This document shows positions 17,206 through 26,571 of a stretch of 64,000 bases of DNA, one piece after another. The stretch's first letter is position 1. Each line of letters begins with the position of its first letter. A program made the position numbers and the translations under genes. Source of the stretch: an uncultured Acidobacteriota bacterium (GTDB lineage: Bacteria > Acidobacteriota > Thermoanaerobaculia > Gp7-AA8); NCBI GenBank assembly GCA_963822445.1, contig CAWGHO010000002.1, positions 1,920,001 to 1,984,000 on the forward strand, given 5' to 3'. Under the pieces are notes generated by a model that was not told the DNA's origin, did not search any database, and saw nothing but the letters and a program-made list of their open reading frames with translations.

Positions 17206-18443
17206 TGAATCGTCACAGACTTCTTCGTATCTTTATTCTGGCCGACGTCTTCTCCGTGGTTGCCGGCGTCATCGCGGCAGTCATTTTTGAAGGAACCCTG
17301 CCGGAACCGTTACGCACGTACGCCGCGACGCAAGAGCTCCATCCGTTCCTTCTGATTGTCGGACTCGTTCTCATCGTCCTGCTGATCGTCGCCTGGGTAG
17401 GACTCTGGAGGAATGCCTCGTGGGCGCCGGCCGCCTACGCAGTTGCCTGGGCCGGCTGTCTCGTCATCCTGCCATTCAGTGGGCCGTACATAGGAACGGG
17501 CATCGAAGAGATGTTCGATTTCGTGGGCACCGCTGCCGGCGGTGGAATCCTCGCGCTGCTTCTTCTCGCGATGGAGGAGCGTCGAAGCTCAGGGCCGGCC
17601 ACACTGGTAGCGAGGGATACGACGAACGACGTTGGGCAACCAAATATCAAATCGTCGCGCGTTCATCGCGCGTTGTCATGGCTGTACGGGCTCATCGCGC
17701 TGATGCTGCTCGCCCTTCCGTATGTCGCACGGACCGGCCAGGAAAAACTGCTTCCCGCAGAGATGGCAATCGCGTTGTCTCTGCCGCTGTTCTTCTTTGC
17801 CCTCGCGATCCTTCATCATTTCGTGTCGCGCGGCGCGAAGGAGCGGAAGCGCTGGGCGCGAATCGGCTCGATCGTTCTCGCTTGTTTACTAATGCCTGCT
17901 GTTCCGGTCGGCACGATCATTGGCGTCTACCTGCTGCGCAATAGTTCGTGGGAACCTGCGATGGCATGCAAGTGCGCTGAGTATCCTGACTTGCCGTTCT
18001 TGCGCGACGCGATCACGAAGCGGATTCGCGAGACGAAACGTATCCTTTCTCGACTCACCTTGCTCGAGACGAACAGCCAGGACCGTCTGCGGCTCTACGT
18101 GTGTGAAGCTTGTGGGCAATACTGGCAAACAGGACACGAATGGAACTTCGGCGACCGTGAGTACGTCTTCAAAGTGCCGGCGATCGAGTCGTCAGAGTGG
18201 CTTCGCGAGCCGTACCGTCAGCCGGCGGCCATGCTCATCTTCACCGCCGCCATGACGGACTATTTCGAGAAGAACAGGTTCGAAGAGGGCGACACGCCCT
18301 GCCGTGAAGAAGGTTGCCCGAACCGCTCGATGAAGCAGGGCCGCTTCTGCATCGATCACCATCTGGAGCAACTGCGTGCGGTAAGAATTCTTCCCGCGGT
18401 TCCACGCGGTCGCATGTTCCCGCCGTATCGAACTGAGGTATGA
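17206..18443 (+). CDS. hypothetical three-module ORF (two membrane modules plus Cys/His metal-binding module)
   Basis: Open frame with hydrophobic blocks then MACKC...CEACGQ...CREEGC...CIDHH; start uncertain. Confidence 0.55.
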
Positions 18444-18444
18444 G

Positions 18445-19101
18445 ATGACACGAGTCCGCGTTGAGAGCTTCACCATCTCGCTGGACGGATACGGAGCAGG
18501 CCCGAAACAGGACATCAGCAGTCCGCTCGGCATTGGCGGGACGGATCTGCACCAGTGGTTATTTCCGACACGCACGCTCCAGCGGGCCTTGTTCGGCAAG
18601 GAGGGCGGCACGACCGGCGTCGACGATGACTTCGCCGCTCGTGGCTTCGAGAATGTCGGGGCCTGGATTCTCGGGAGGAACATGTTCAGCCCCTCTCGTG
18701 GGCCCTGGCCGGATCTGAACTGGAAAGGCTGGTGGGGAGACGATCCTCCGTATCACGTTCCGGTCTTCGTCCTGACGCACCATGCACGTCCACCGATCGA
18801 GATGGAAGGCGGCACGACGTTCCATTTCGTCACCGGCGGCATTCGTGACGCGCTTGAAAGGGCACGCGAGGCGGCCGGCGGAAAGGACGTGCGCATCGGC
18901 GGCGGGGCGAACACCATCCGGCAGTATCTTCGCGAGCGCCTCGTTGATGAACTGCACATTGCCATCGCGCCAGTCCTCCTCGGCGGAGGAGAACGGCTGT
19001 TCGAAGGAGTTGACTTGCGGGCTCTGGGATATGAATGCGTCGAATTCATAGCATCGGAGAAGGCCACGCACGCCGTCCTGCGGCACCGTGGGCGTGTATG
19101 A
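18445..19101 (+). CDS. dihydrofolate reductase/RibD C-terminal family protein
   Basis: ISLDGYGAG, ILGRNMF, VFVLTHH, GGGANTIRQYL. Confidence 0.88.
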   Translation: MTRVRVESFTISLDGYGAGPKQDISSPLGIGGTDLHQWLFPTRTLQRALFGKEGGTTGVDDDFAARGFENVGAWILGRNMFSPSRGPWPDLNWKGWWGDDPPYHVPVFVLTHHARPPIEMEGGTTFHFVTGGIRDALERAREAAGGKDVRIGGGANTIRQYLRERLVDELHIAIAPVLLGGGERLFEGVDLRALGYECVEFIASEKATHAVLRHRGRV

Positions 19102-19160
19102 GCGAGGAGACATCATGACGGTGAGGCGGCCGTAATCCGGCGACGCCCAGGAGACGACGA

Positions 19161-19601
19161 ATGCAGTTCAGCATCACAACAGAGGTCGACGCTCCGCCGG
19201 AAGTGGTGTTCGCGGTTCTGAGCGAGGTCGAGTACTGGCCTGAGTGGACGCCGACGGTTACGCGGGTAGAGCGTCTCGGTGACGCCGGCGCGCCGTTGGC
19301 GCTCGGTGGCCGCCTCCGAATCGTGCAGCCGAAGGTGCCGCCCTCCGAATGGACGGTCACAGCGCTCGAACCGGGTCGAGGGTTTCGGCTCGTCAGCCGT
19401 TCTCCCGGCGCAACGGTCGAGGCGAATCACTGGATAGAGCAGGCGGGAGCGGGATCCCGCGTAACGCTCTCCGTGACGTTTACCGGCTTCCTGGGACGGG
19501 TCGTCGGCTGGATGATGCGGGGCCTCAACAACCGGTACCTTGCACAGGAAGCGGCCGGGCTCAAACGCCGAAGTGAGGAGCGCGCTCGGGCCACGGAGTG
19601 A
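19161..19601 (+). CDS. SRPBCC (polyketide cyclase-like) family protein
   Basis: APPEVVFAVLSEVEYWPEWTP ... EAAGLKRRSE. Confidence 0.82.
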   Translation: MQFSITTEVDAPPEVVFAVLSEVEYWPEWTPTVTRVERLGDAGAPLALGGRLRIVQPKVPPSEWTVTALEPGRGFRLVSRSPGATVEANHWIEQAGAGSRVTLSVTFTGFLGRVVGWMMRGLNNRYLAQEAAGLKRRSEERARATE

Positions 19602-19654
19602 GGCGGTGACTTCGGCGAGGCCCCCGGCCTCACCCGCCGCGCAGTCCTTGTGCA

Positions 19655-19740
19655 ACCTAACGAGACGCTGCAGCGGACGAGGCGGCCGGCACTCCTGCTC
19701 GCCTTCGGCTCTGCCTTGGCCGTCTCGCCGCTGAGCCTTG
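19655..19740 (+). mobile_element. truncated integron attC site
   Basis: R'' ACCTAAC, L'' GCTGCAGCGG pairs with L' CCGCTGAGC leaving an extrahelical G, second bulged A, inner stem GAGGCGGCC/GGCCGTCTC; R' missing. Confidence 0.72.
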
Positions 19741-19812
19741 AGGACGAGGCCCCAGCCTTCCCTCGAAGAGGACGAGGTGATCAGTCTCGCGGACTTCGGC
19801 GACGAGCGGTGA
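19741..19812 (+). repeat. degenerate duplicate of the rpoC 3' end (16994-17094)
   Basis: 13- and 17-nt exact blocks, then a 40-nt block with 6 mismatches and a stop codon in the same register. Confidence 0.88.
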
Positions 19813-19930
19813 CGCTCACTACGTCTCGTGTTTTGCAGTGTTTGTGCTGACCATTGGCAGGCGGAGTTGTGGTCGTACACATCCTCTGCTACCGTTGAGC
19901 TTCCCAATCAGACAACAGTGGCGAGGTGAC

Positions 19931-20989
19931 GTGGATAATCCGACGAATGCCTTCAGGGCCGGTTCCTACGTTCTCTGCGTGAGCACTCTGTTGCCTGAGG
20001 CCGTTAACCGTGTAGAGCAAAATGACCTGGCGCCGATCGCAAGTCTAGTCGTTGTGATCGTGTTTCTGTGGCTCGATGCATGTGCTCGCACGATGACGAG
20101 TAAGAGCCTGGACGTTAAGATCAAGACCGAGAGCTTCTCAAAGGCCTGGCGTGCCATCTCGATCGTCGGGCTCGAGATCATCGGCGCGGTCTTTTTTACT
20201 TTTTGGGCCCGTGGTTGGGTTTTCTCGAGCCCTGTGCCGCCTGCGGCGTCAAAGGCGCTCGCTGTCTGGGTTTTGCTGACGCTGATTCACAATTTGCTTC
20301 ATATCGACATTGCAACGGGCGTAACGGTTCGCGAATACCTCTCGTTGGCCCCGACCCGCAGCGTCCTCGAATTCGACGGCGTTCAGTCCAGAGTGTGGGT
20401 CACACAGCTCACGCGTTGGTATGACAAGGCGACCGACGACCTCCGAGCCGCTTGGGACCAGTTCAAACAGCACAGCTCACCTCCCAGTGCCGGCCAGCTG
20501 GCGGGCGCGAGCGTGCGCCGGTCAGCTTTGGTCGCTACTCGCGCACTACGTCCCGCGGCCATACGCCTGCTGACGCAGTACTGTGCGCTTCACATCGTCT
20601 ATTTCAATGCGGTATTCGCGTGTGCGCTATTCCTATCGGCCATGCTGGAGATCGATCCCTTTCTGGTGGCTCGCATGAGCGTGATGGAGCTTGTCCTGGT
20701 GGGGGCAGTCCCGGCGCTCGCTGCAGGAACGTTCTTTTTCGTCACTGTTCGCGACCTGAGAGATTGGGAAATGAAGGCGCAAACGGCGACGCCAAACCAG
20801 TCCGCAGTCAAAGGTGGGCAATTTGTGGCAAACCTGTTTCTGATCGCGTCGTTTCTCGTCATCGTGTCGCTGCTTGTCGCCCGGGGACTTCCGGTGTTCC
20901 TGTTGGTCGAGCAGTTCATTGTCACGGGAACGATTCTAATCGTGACGATTGTGGCCGCGAGGAGGAGTGCCCATGACGTTGCTGGATAG
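19931..20989 (+). CDS. hypothetical multi-pass membrane protein
   Basis: Long ORF with many hydrophobic segments; GTG after GAGGTG; atypical codon usage. Confidence 0.65.
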   Translation: MDNPTNAFRAGSYVLCVSTLLPEAVNRVEQNDLAPIASLVVVIVFLWLDACARTMTSKSLDVKIKTESFSKAWRAISIVGLEIIGAVFFTFWARGWVFSSPVPPAASKALAVWVLLTLIHNLLHIDIATGVTVREYLSLAPTRSVLEFDGVQSRVWVTQLTRWYDKATDDLRAAWDQFKQHSSPPSAGQLAGASVRRSALVATRALRPAAIRLLTQYCALHIVYFNAVFACALFLSAMLEIDPFLVARMSVMELVLVGAVPALAAGTFFFVTVRDLRDWEMKAQTATPNQSAVKGGQFVANLFLIASFLVIVSLLVARGLPVFLLVEQFIVTGTILIVTIVAARRSAHDVAG

Positions 20990-22334
20990 CGGCATCGTGA
21001 TTGCCTGGCTCGTCATCGTTTTCGCGGTGGGTATTGCCGCGGGTTTCCGAGCCCGACCTGAATCGTTTTGGCTGAACGATAGGCGCACTCCGCTTCCGTT
21101 GCTGATTACTACCATTGTTGCCACACAAGTAGGTGGCGGCACCGTCCTCGGCATTGCGTCGTCGACCTATGAGAGTGGAATCGGCTTCGGCGCAGTGGCC
21201 GTGCTGTCGACGTTGTCCGGCTTCCTGGCTGTCGCGCTGCTGGCACCTCGTGCGAAACGAATGGCCGACTCCGCGAAGGCGGTGACGATAACCGAGCTTC
21301 TTGGCTTGCATTACAGCCGCCGCACAGAGCTCGCGGCGTCGGCAATCATTATCTTCGCCTACTTTTCGCTCGTCGGGGGGCAGCTCATCGCGGCGGCAGC
21401 GATCTTGAAGTTGTGGTCGGGATGGGGCTCAGGGATCGCGCTCGCGATCGCCGCGATCGGGCTGGTCACGTACACGGCCTTCGCCGGCCTCCGCGGCGAC
21501 ATCGCGACGGACGCCCTTCACTTCTGCATCATGGCCGTGGTCCTCATCGGTGTGCTGGGCGCGTCAATCATTCGGAATGTCGACATTCCCCAAGTGCTCG
21601 GCGCGGTCCCCCCTGATGTCTGGAACCCGGTCAGATTCGGAGGCTGGGTCTATCTGATCGTCGGTATGCTCCTCGGTGCGCTTGTGCCGCTCGTTTCGGT
21701 CGAGATGTGGCTTCGGGTGTTTGCATCGAGTAGCGAGCGTGCGGCCCGGCGGTCTTATGTCGTCGCCGCCATTGTCGTGCTCCCCTTTTATCTGATACCC
21801 CTGCTCATGGGTGCTCTGGGAACGCAGTTATTCGGTCCGATCGACCCGCAGAGCGTCTTTGGCGAATATATCCGCCGCTACCTTGGCGATGGGACCAGAG
21901 GGTTGGCGATCGCGGCTCTCCTCGCTGTGATTATCTCGACTGCCAACACTTATGTCGTCGTTCTTAGCGCAACGCTGTATCGCAACATCTGGTCGCGGCG
22001 CGGCGAAGTGAGCTCGGAGCTCAGGCTGTCGCGGTTCTTGACATTTGTTGTCGGCTTGCTGGCTTTCGCTTATGCCCTGATTGTTCCCGACTTGATTCAG
22101 CTGTTGCTGAATGCGTTCTTCGTAATCGCCGTGCTTGCACCTGCGCTTCTGGCAATGATTTATGCGCGAAAAGTTCCCGAGCCGGCTGCGTTCTGGAGCA
22201 TAGCGGTAGGCGGTGCCGTCACAGTCGCTGCTTTGCCTTTCATGCCGAAGGAGGCTTTCGTTCCGGGACTGGGGTTATGCCTGATGACGTTCGGTGCCAT
22301 GACGTGGCTTGCCAGGACTAGGAGCACCGGGTGA
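20973..22334 (+). CDS. sodium:solute symporter (SSS) family protein
   Basis: ATQVGGGTVLG, YTAFAGLRGDIATD, AVIISTAN; many TM segments; SD AGGAGGAG. Confidence 0.85.
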   Translation: MTLLDSGIVIAWLVIVFAVGIAAGFRARPESFWLNDRRTPLPLLITTIVATQVGGGTVLGIASSTYESGIGFGAVAVLSTLSGFLAVALLAPRAKRMADSAKAVTITELLGLHYSRRTELAASAIIIFAYFSLVGGQLIAAAAILKLWSGWGSGIALAIAAIGLVTYTAFAGLRGDIATDALHFCIMAVVLIGVLGASIIRNVDIPQVLGAVPPDVWNPVRFGGWVYLIVGMLLGALVPLVSVEMWLRVFASSSERAARRSYVVAAIVVLPFYLIPLLMGALGTQLFGPIDPQSVFGEYIRRYLGDGTRGLAIAALLAVIISTANTYVVVLSATLYRNIWSRRGEVSSELRLSRFLTFVVGLLAFAYALIVPDLIQLLLNAFFVIAVLAPALLAMIYARKVPEPAAFWSIAVGGAVTVAALPFMPKEAFVPGLGLCLMTFGAMTWLARTRSTG

Positions 22335-22341
22335 CGTGATT

Positions 22342-22926
22342 ATGGTGGCGCCGGCGATACAGCTATCGCTTCTGCTCGTTCTTCGAATCATTCCGCAGTC
22401 AGTCATCGCTCGTGCGAATCGCAAGAATGAGGTTACCGCTAAAGCCATGACTTCCGCCCGACCGGAATACATCATGATCTTGTATGGCATTGCGGCCCTC
22501 GCAGCGATGCAGCGGTGCGTTGCATCCGGCTATCGCCTGTCTGTCTCGGTCGGGCTGTTCTTCTTCGCTTTGACGGCGACCTGGAGCCTGGTCTCCATCG
22601 GGTTCATTCGCAAGTCGTACAACGAGGAATTGAACGTCCACCGCGGCTTTAAGCTCGTTACGGCCGGGCCGTACGCAATTGTGAGACACCCCGTCCGGCT
22701 GGGCCTGTTGGGTGAGGTGTGTGCCCTGGTCGTGATCGCTGGCCGGTGGTGGCTCGGCATCGTTCCGCTGATGATCTGGCGGTTTCAGCTTATTCGGAGT
22801 GAGGCTGAAGATAGGATGCTGCTCCACTTTTGCGGCGATCGCGCCGCCCAATACCACGCAGAGGTTCCCGCGCTGAATGTCGCGATGGGTTTGATTGGAT
22901 ACCTCAGGAGGAAACGGAGGAAGTGA
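22342..22926 (+). CDS. isoprenylcysteine carboxylmethyltransferase (ICMT/PEMT-like) family protein
   Basis: LVTAGPYAIVRHPVRLG and EAEDRMLL motifs. Confidence 0.8.
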   Translation: MVAPAIQLSLLLVLRIIPQSVIARANRKNEVTAKAMTSARPEYIMILYGIAALAAMQRCVASGYRLSVSVGLFFFALTATWSLVSIGFIRKSYNEELNVHRGFKLVTAGPYAIVRHPVRLGLLGEVCALVVIAGRWWLGIVPLMIWRFQLIRSEAEDRMLLHFCGDRAAQYHAEVPALNVAMGLIGYLRRKRRK

Positions 22927-23423
22927 TGCAAGCCGAAACACGATTGGCTGATAGCCCTTCGGACGTGCTCATTCTTGGCAGGCCGGAGGTGTCCGCGTTA
23001 CTGGACATGTACCGAGAGGATGCGGTTTTTCTCGAGGATTGCCGGGTGCAGGGCAACAAATTGACTGCTACTGCGCGAAGTTTCACTCATCCATTTCGCC
23101 GCTCGGAGCCGAAACATCTCACTCGGACTCACGTGCTCACCTTCGTAACGCAGGGCGCCTTTGTGCTCGGGCATTACTTAGAAACGTTGGATGGCGAACC
23201 TCTGATGTCGCCGGCCGCCTTTCACGAACTCGCTGGTAGTGAACGAGCGGTCTTTGCATCTGTGGAGATGCGTTTCCGAGGACATGAGCAGAGACGTGAG
23301 CAAATCGAACTCACGATGCGATGTCAACGCATCCGGAAGATTGGTGCGCGATTCGTAATCCACATGGATTTCGAAGTGGGAAGGCGATGCCGGGGCGGTC
23401 TTGTGGGGCTGATCGCCTGTTGA
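22926..23423 (+). CDS. hotdog-fold protein, FcoT-like thioesterase/dehydratase
   Basis: LLDMYREDAVFL...HLTRTHVLTFVTQGAFVL resembles the FcoT pattern; TGATG coupling. Confidence 0.5.
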   Translation: MQAETRLADSPSDVLILGRPEVSALLDMYREDAVFLEDCRVQGNKLTATARSFTHPFRRSEPKHLTRTHVLTFVTQGAFVLGHYLETLDGEPLMSPAAFHELAGSERAVFASVEMRFRGHEQRREQIELTMRCQRIRKIGARFVIHMDFEVGRRCRGGLVGLIAC

Positions 23424-23666
23424 GTGTCGTCGCCGTACCGAGCGGGCCGCCGACGTGACGGTTATTGACGAAGCCGGAAGGCCGCTGGCGGGAATGACCG
23501 TGAGAAGGTCGTGCAACGATCATTCGGCCGGAATCCACGGTTGCCATTCCTATGTGTTCGCGTTCGGCGGAGGGCGGCAGGGCTCACCCGTACGCGAAGG
23601 CTACGTGGAGGCCTGGCGCGGCGCGCCGGACTACATGGAATCGCGTATCGTCGCCACTACCACACG

Positions 23667-24245
23667 ATGATCCGTACACTCGTACTCGTCGAGGGCGAAA
23701 GCGATGCGGCCGCGGTTCGCGCGCTCGCCCTGCTCATCGGTTGTGATCTGGGCGTGCATCACATCGAGATCCGGTCCGCTGCCGGCGTAACCAACTTCCC
23801 GCGGATGCTCGCGGACTTCGTGCGTACCTACCCGAACGCAGACTTCTGCGGCATGTACGACGTCGCCGAAGAGCGGTACGTCCGCCGCGCAATCGCCGGC
23901 GCCGGCATTGCGATCGACGCGCACGAGTCCCTCGAATCCTTCGGTTTCTTCGCCTGCGTAGCCGATCTCGAGGACGAGCTGATCCGCGCGCTGGGAACCG
24001 AGCGCGTGGAGCGCGTGATCGAGGCGGAGTCCGAGCTCAGCTCGTTGCGACGTTTTCAGGCGATGCCCGAGCATCGCGAGGACCCCGCGCATCACCAGCT
24101 GCGCCGGTTCCTCGGCACGCGCGCGACACGAAAAATCCGCTCCGCACAACGTCTCGTCGAAGCTCTGGATCCTGGCCGATTGCCGCGCCCACTCGTGCAG
24201 CTGGCTGCGCGGCTGCTTCAGGCGCCTTACGACCGGCCGCTCTGA
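23667..24245 (+). CDS. stand-alone TOPRIM (OLD-like) domain protein
   Basis: VLVEGESD, GMYDVAE, DLEDELIRALG. Confidence 0.72.
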   Translation: MIRTLVLVEGESDAAAVRALALLIGCDLGVHHIEIRSAAGVTNFPRMLADFVRTYPNADFCGMYDVAEERYVRRAIAGAGIAIDAHESLESFGFFACVADLEDELIRALGTERVERVIEAESELSSLRRFQAMPEHREDPAHHQLRRFLGTRATRKIRSAQRLVEALDPGRLPRPLVQLAARLLQAPYDRPL

Positions 24246-24296
24246 GCGGTCCACCTCAACTGCGCGGGTCGTCGCCTGCGTGGCACAATCCGAACG

Positions 24297-24959
24297 ATGA
24301 CCTTTCGCTGGTGGGTTGCGTTCTCGCTGCTGATTCTGGCCATCCATGAGGCGCACGAGCTCGTTCATGTGGTCACGGGCCGGCTTCTTTGCGGCACGTG
24401 GGCGTCCCGCGATTTCAACGCCTGGTGGTTCACGCGTGACTGCGACAGCGTCCTGCCGACACTCGCCGGGCCGTTATTCAGCTATCTGCTCATGCTCGCC
24501 GGCGCCGCGATTGCGGCGAAGTGGGAGTCGCCGCGGCGATGGATCGGCGTGGCCTTGCTCTTCGCCGCCAACCCGTTTGCCCGGCTGTTCACCGCGGTCA
24601 TGGGCGGTGGTGATGAGATGGTCGTCGGAAGACGCATCGCCGGCGTCGCGGAAAACACGATGGCCGTGCGGGTCGCGGTGTTGCTCGTCGTTGCGTCGAT
24701 CTGCGTTTCGGTCATGGTCGCCGGCTGGCGCGCGCTCGGCGGACTGAATCGGCGCGCGCTCTGGTTCACCGGCCTGCTCCTCTGGCCGATGGTCCTGACG
24801 GGCACGCTGTTGTTCGTGGTGGGGAACCGCCTGCTCCGGGCGGGCGTCCTCGCCGAACCGGCGATCACAGGGGCACCGATGCTGGTCGTGGTGGTCACCG
24901 TCATCGTTTTCGTGATGACCGGACTGACGGCGAAATGGTTGTCGAGTGAAAGCTCGTGA
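24297..24959 (+). CDS. membrane protein with HExxH (M50-like)
   Basis: HEAHELVH, AGPLFS, GGGDE; multiple TM segments. Confidence 0.6.
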   Translation: MTFRWWVAFSLLILAIHEAHELVHVVTGRLLCGTWASRDFNAWWFTRDCDSVLPTLAGPLFSYLLMLAGAAIAAKWESPRRWIGVALLFAANPFARLFTAVMGGGDEMVVGRRIAGVAENTMAVRVAVLLVVASICVSVMVAGWRALGGLNRRALWFTGLLLWPMVLTGTLLFVVGNRLLRAGVLAEPAITGAPMLVVVVTVIVFVMTGLTAKWLSSESS

Positions 24960-25351
24960 TTACGCTTCGCTCAGCGTCGTGGTGGATTCTGGTTGCCGCG
25001 CTGAGCCTTTGCCTCTTCGCGGTAGCCATGGTTGTTTTTCCCGATGCCTTGCAGACGGTGTATCTCCGCCAAACGGCAGCGCCTCGGTTGAAGCGCGAAT
25101 TCGGCTTCGACTCGGACTATGTCCGGAGCACGTTCACGATCACGCGTATTACGCCGGACGGCGTCCTGGCGAAGGCGGGAGTACGAGTTGGCGACCGGCC
25201 CTGGGATTATCACGGCCGAGATGAAATGTCGTTCTACTACATGCTGCAGGCGGCGCGCAGTCGCCGCGTCGTGTTGAGAGTTCGGCGCGAGCCACCGGGT
25301 AGCGGGATCGTCGAGATTCCGGTGTCCCTCAGGGCAGAGATCCCGCGATGA
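24956..25351 (+). CDS. membrane-anchored PDZ-like protein
   Basis: N-terminal TM; ITRITPDGVLAKAGVRVGD. Confidence 0.55.
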   Translation: MITLRSASWWILVAALSLCLFAVAMVVFPDALQTVYLRQTAAPRLKREFGFDSDYVRSTFTITRITPDGVLAKAGVRVGDRPWDYHGRDEMSFYYMLQAARSRRVVLRVRREPPGSGIVEIPVSLRAEIPR

Positions 25352-26523
25352 TCGCGCGCGAGCGCATCCACGCTCTCGACGTCCTCCGCGGCGTGGCCGT
25401 TGCCGGCATTCTCTTCGCGAACGTGCTGGTGTTCTTCGGTGTGTTCGTTCTGCCGGAGGATCGCGCCGCCGCCCTTTCAACCGCAGACACTGATCGGGTC
25501 GCGCTGTTTCTCGAGCGGGTCTTCGTCGAAGGCAAGTTCTACTCGGTGTTCTCCCTGCTGTTCGGAATCGGCTTCGGCGTGCAGCTCGCCCGCGGCGGCG
25601 ATGAGGTGCTGCCGCGATTCAAACGTCGCCTCCGCATCCTGCTCGCGATTGGTGCCGTTCACGCCTTCCTGATCTGGGGCGGCGACATTCTGATGTTGTA
25701 CGCGCTTCTCGGCTTCACGCTGCCATGGTTCGCGCGGCGATCCGACCGCGCGCTCCTGCGACACACCGTGATCCTGCTGGCCGTGCCGACAGCGCTCTAT
25801 GTCGTTGCGCTCGCGATCTGGACGCTCGTCTCATCCGGCGCGGCTCCGACATCTCCCGGCTCGAACATGCCGCCGAAGATCCTGGCAATCTTCGAAGCGA
25901 TGGGCACGGGAGGGCTGAAGGATGCGTTCATCGGCAATCTCGTTCTTCTCGCCGGCCGGTGGGCCGACCTGTTCGCAACGGTGCGATTCCCGAAAATTCT
26001 CGGCATGTTCGTGCTGGGTCTCTGGGCCGCGCGCACCGGCCTCGCGCTGTCGCCGTCCGATCACCGAGCCACCCTCGTGCGATGGAGTCTCCTCGGCTGG
26101 GTTGTCGGCCTGCCGGCGAACGTCATCGCCGCATGGGCCTTCGAACACTGGCGCTACTTGCCGCCGTCGGCCGGAGCACTCCTCGGCGTGGCTTTGCAGG
26201 GCGTCGGCATCCCCATGCTGGCCCTCGGATATGCAGCCACGGTTGGACTGCTTGTCGTCGACGGATGGCGTTTCGTCAACGTGTTCGCGCCTGTGGGTCG
26301 CATGGCGCTGACGAACTACCTGATGCAATCGATCGTCTGTGTCCTGCTCTCCTATGGATTCGGACTTGCGCTGTGGTGGCGAATCGGCGCGTCGACGGCG
26401 ATGGCGATCGCCGCCGCAATCGTGATGCTGCAGATCCCGCTCAGCGCTTTATGGCTCTCGCGATTCCGCTTCGGGCCGATCGAGTGGATCTGGCGCCGGC
26501 TCACCTACGGTCGGCCGCTTTGA
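25348..26523 (+). CDS. DUF418 family membrane protein
   Basis: LDVLRGVAVAGI, GKFYSVFSLLFG, GRMALTNYLMQS, GPIEWIWRRLTY. Confidence 0.88.
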   Translation: MIARERIHALDVLRGVAVAGILFANVLVFFGVFVLPEDRAAALSTADTDRVALFLERVFVEGKFYSVFSLLFGIGFGVQLARGGDEVLPRFKRRLRILLAIGAVHAFLIWGGDILMLYALLGFTLPWFARRSDRALLRHTVILLAVPTALYVVALAIWTLVSSGAAPTSPGSNMPPKILAIFEAMGTGGLKDAFIGNLVLLAGRWADLFATVRFPKILGMFVLGLWAARTGLALSPSDHRATLVRWSLLGWVVGLPANVIAAWAFEHWRYLPPSAGALLGVALQGVGIPMLALGYAATVGLLVVDGWRFVNVFAPVGRMALTNYLMQSIVCVLLSYGFGLALWWRIGASTAMAIAAAIVMLQIPLSALWLSRFRFGPIEWIWRRLTYGRPL

Positions 26524-26571
26524 GCGCAAGCGCTGTCAACCTGGAGCCGATGCGCGCGTAGGTAGCCGGGT

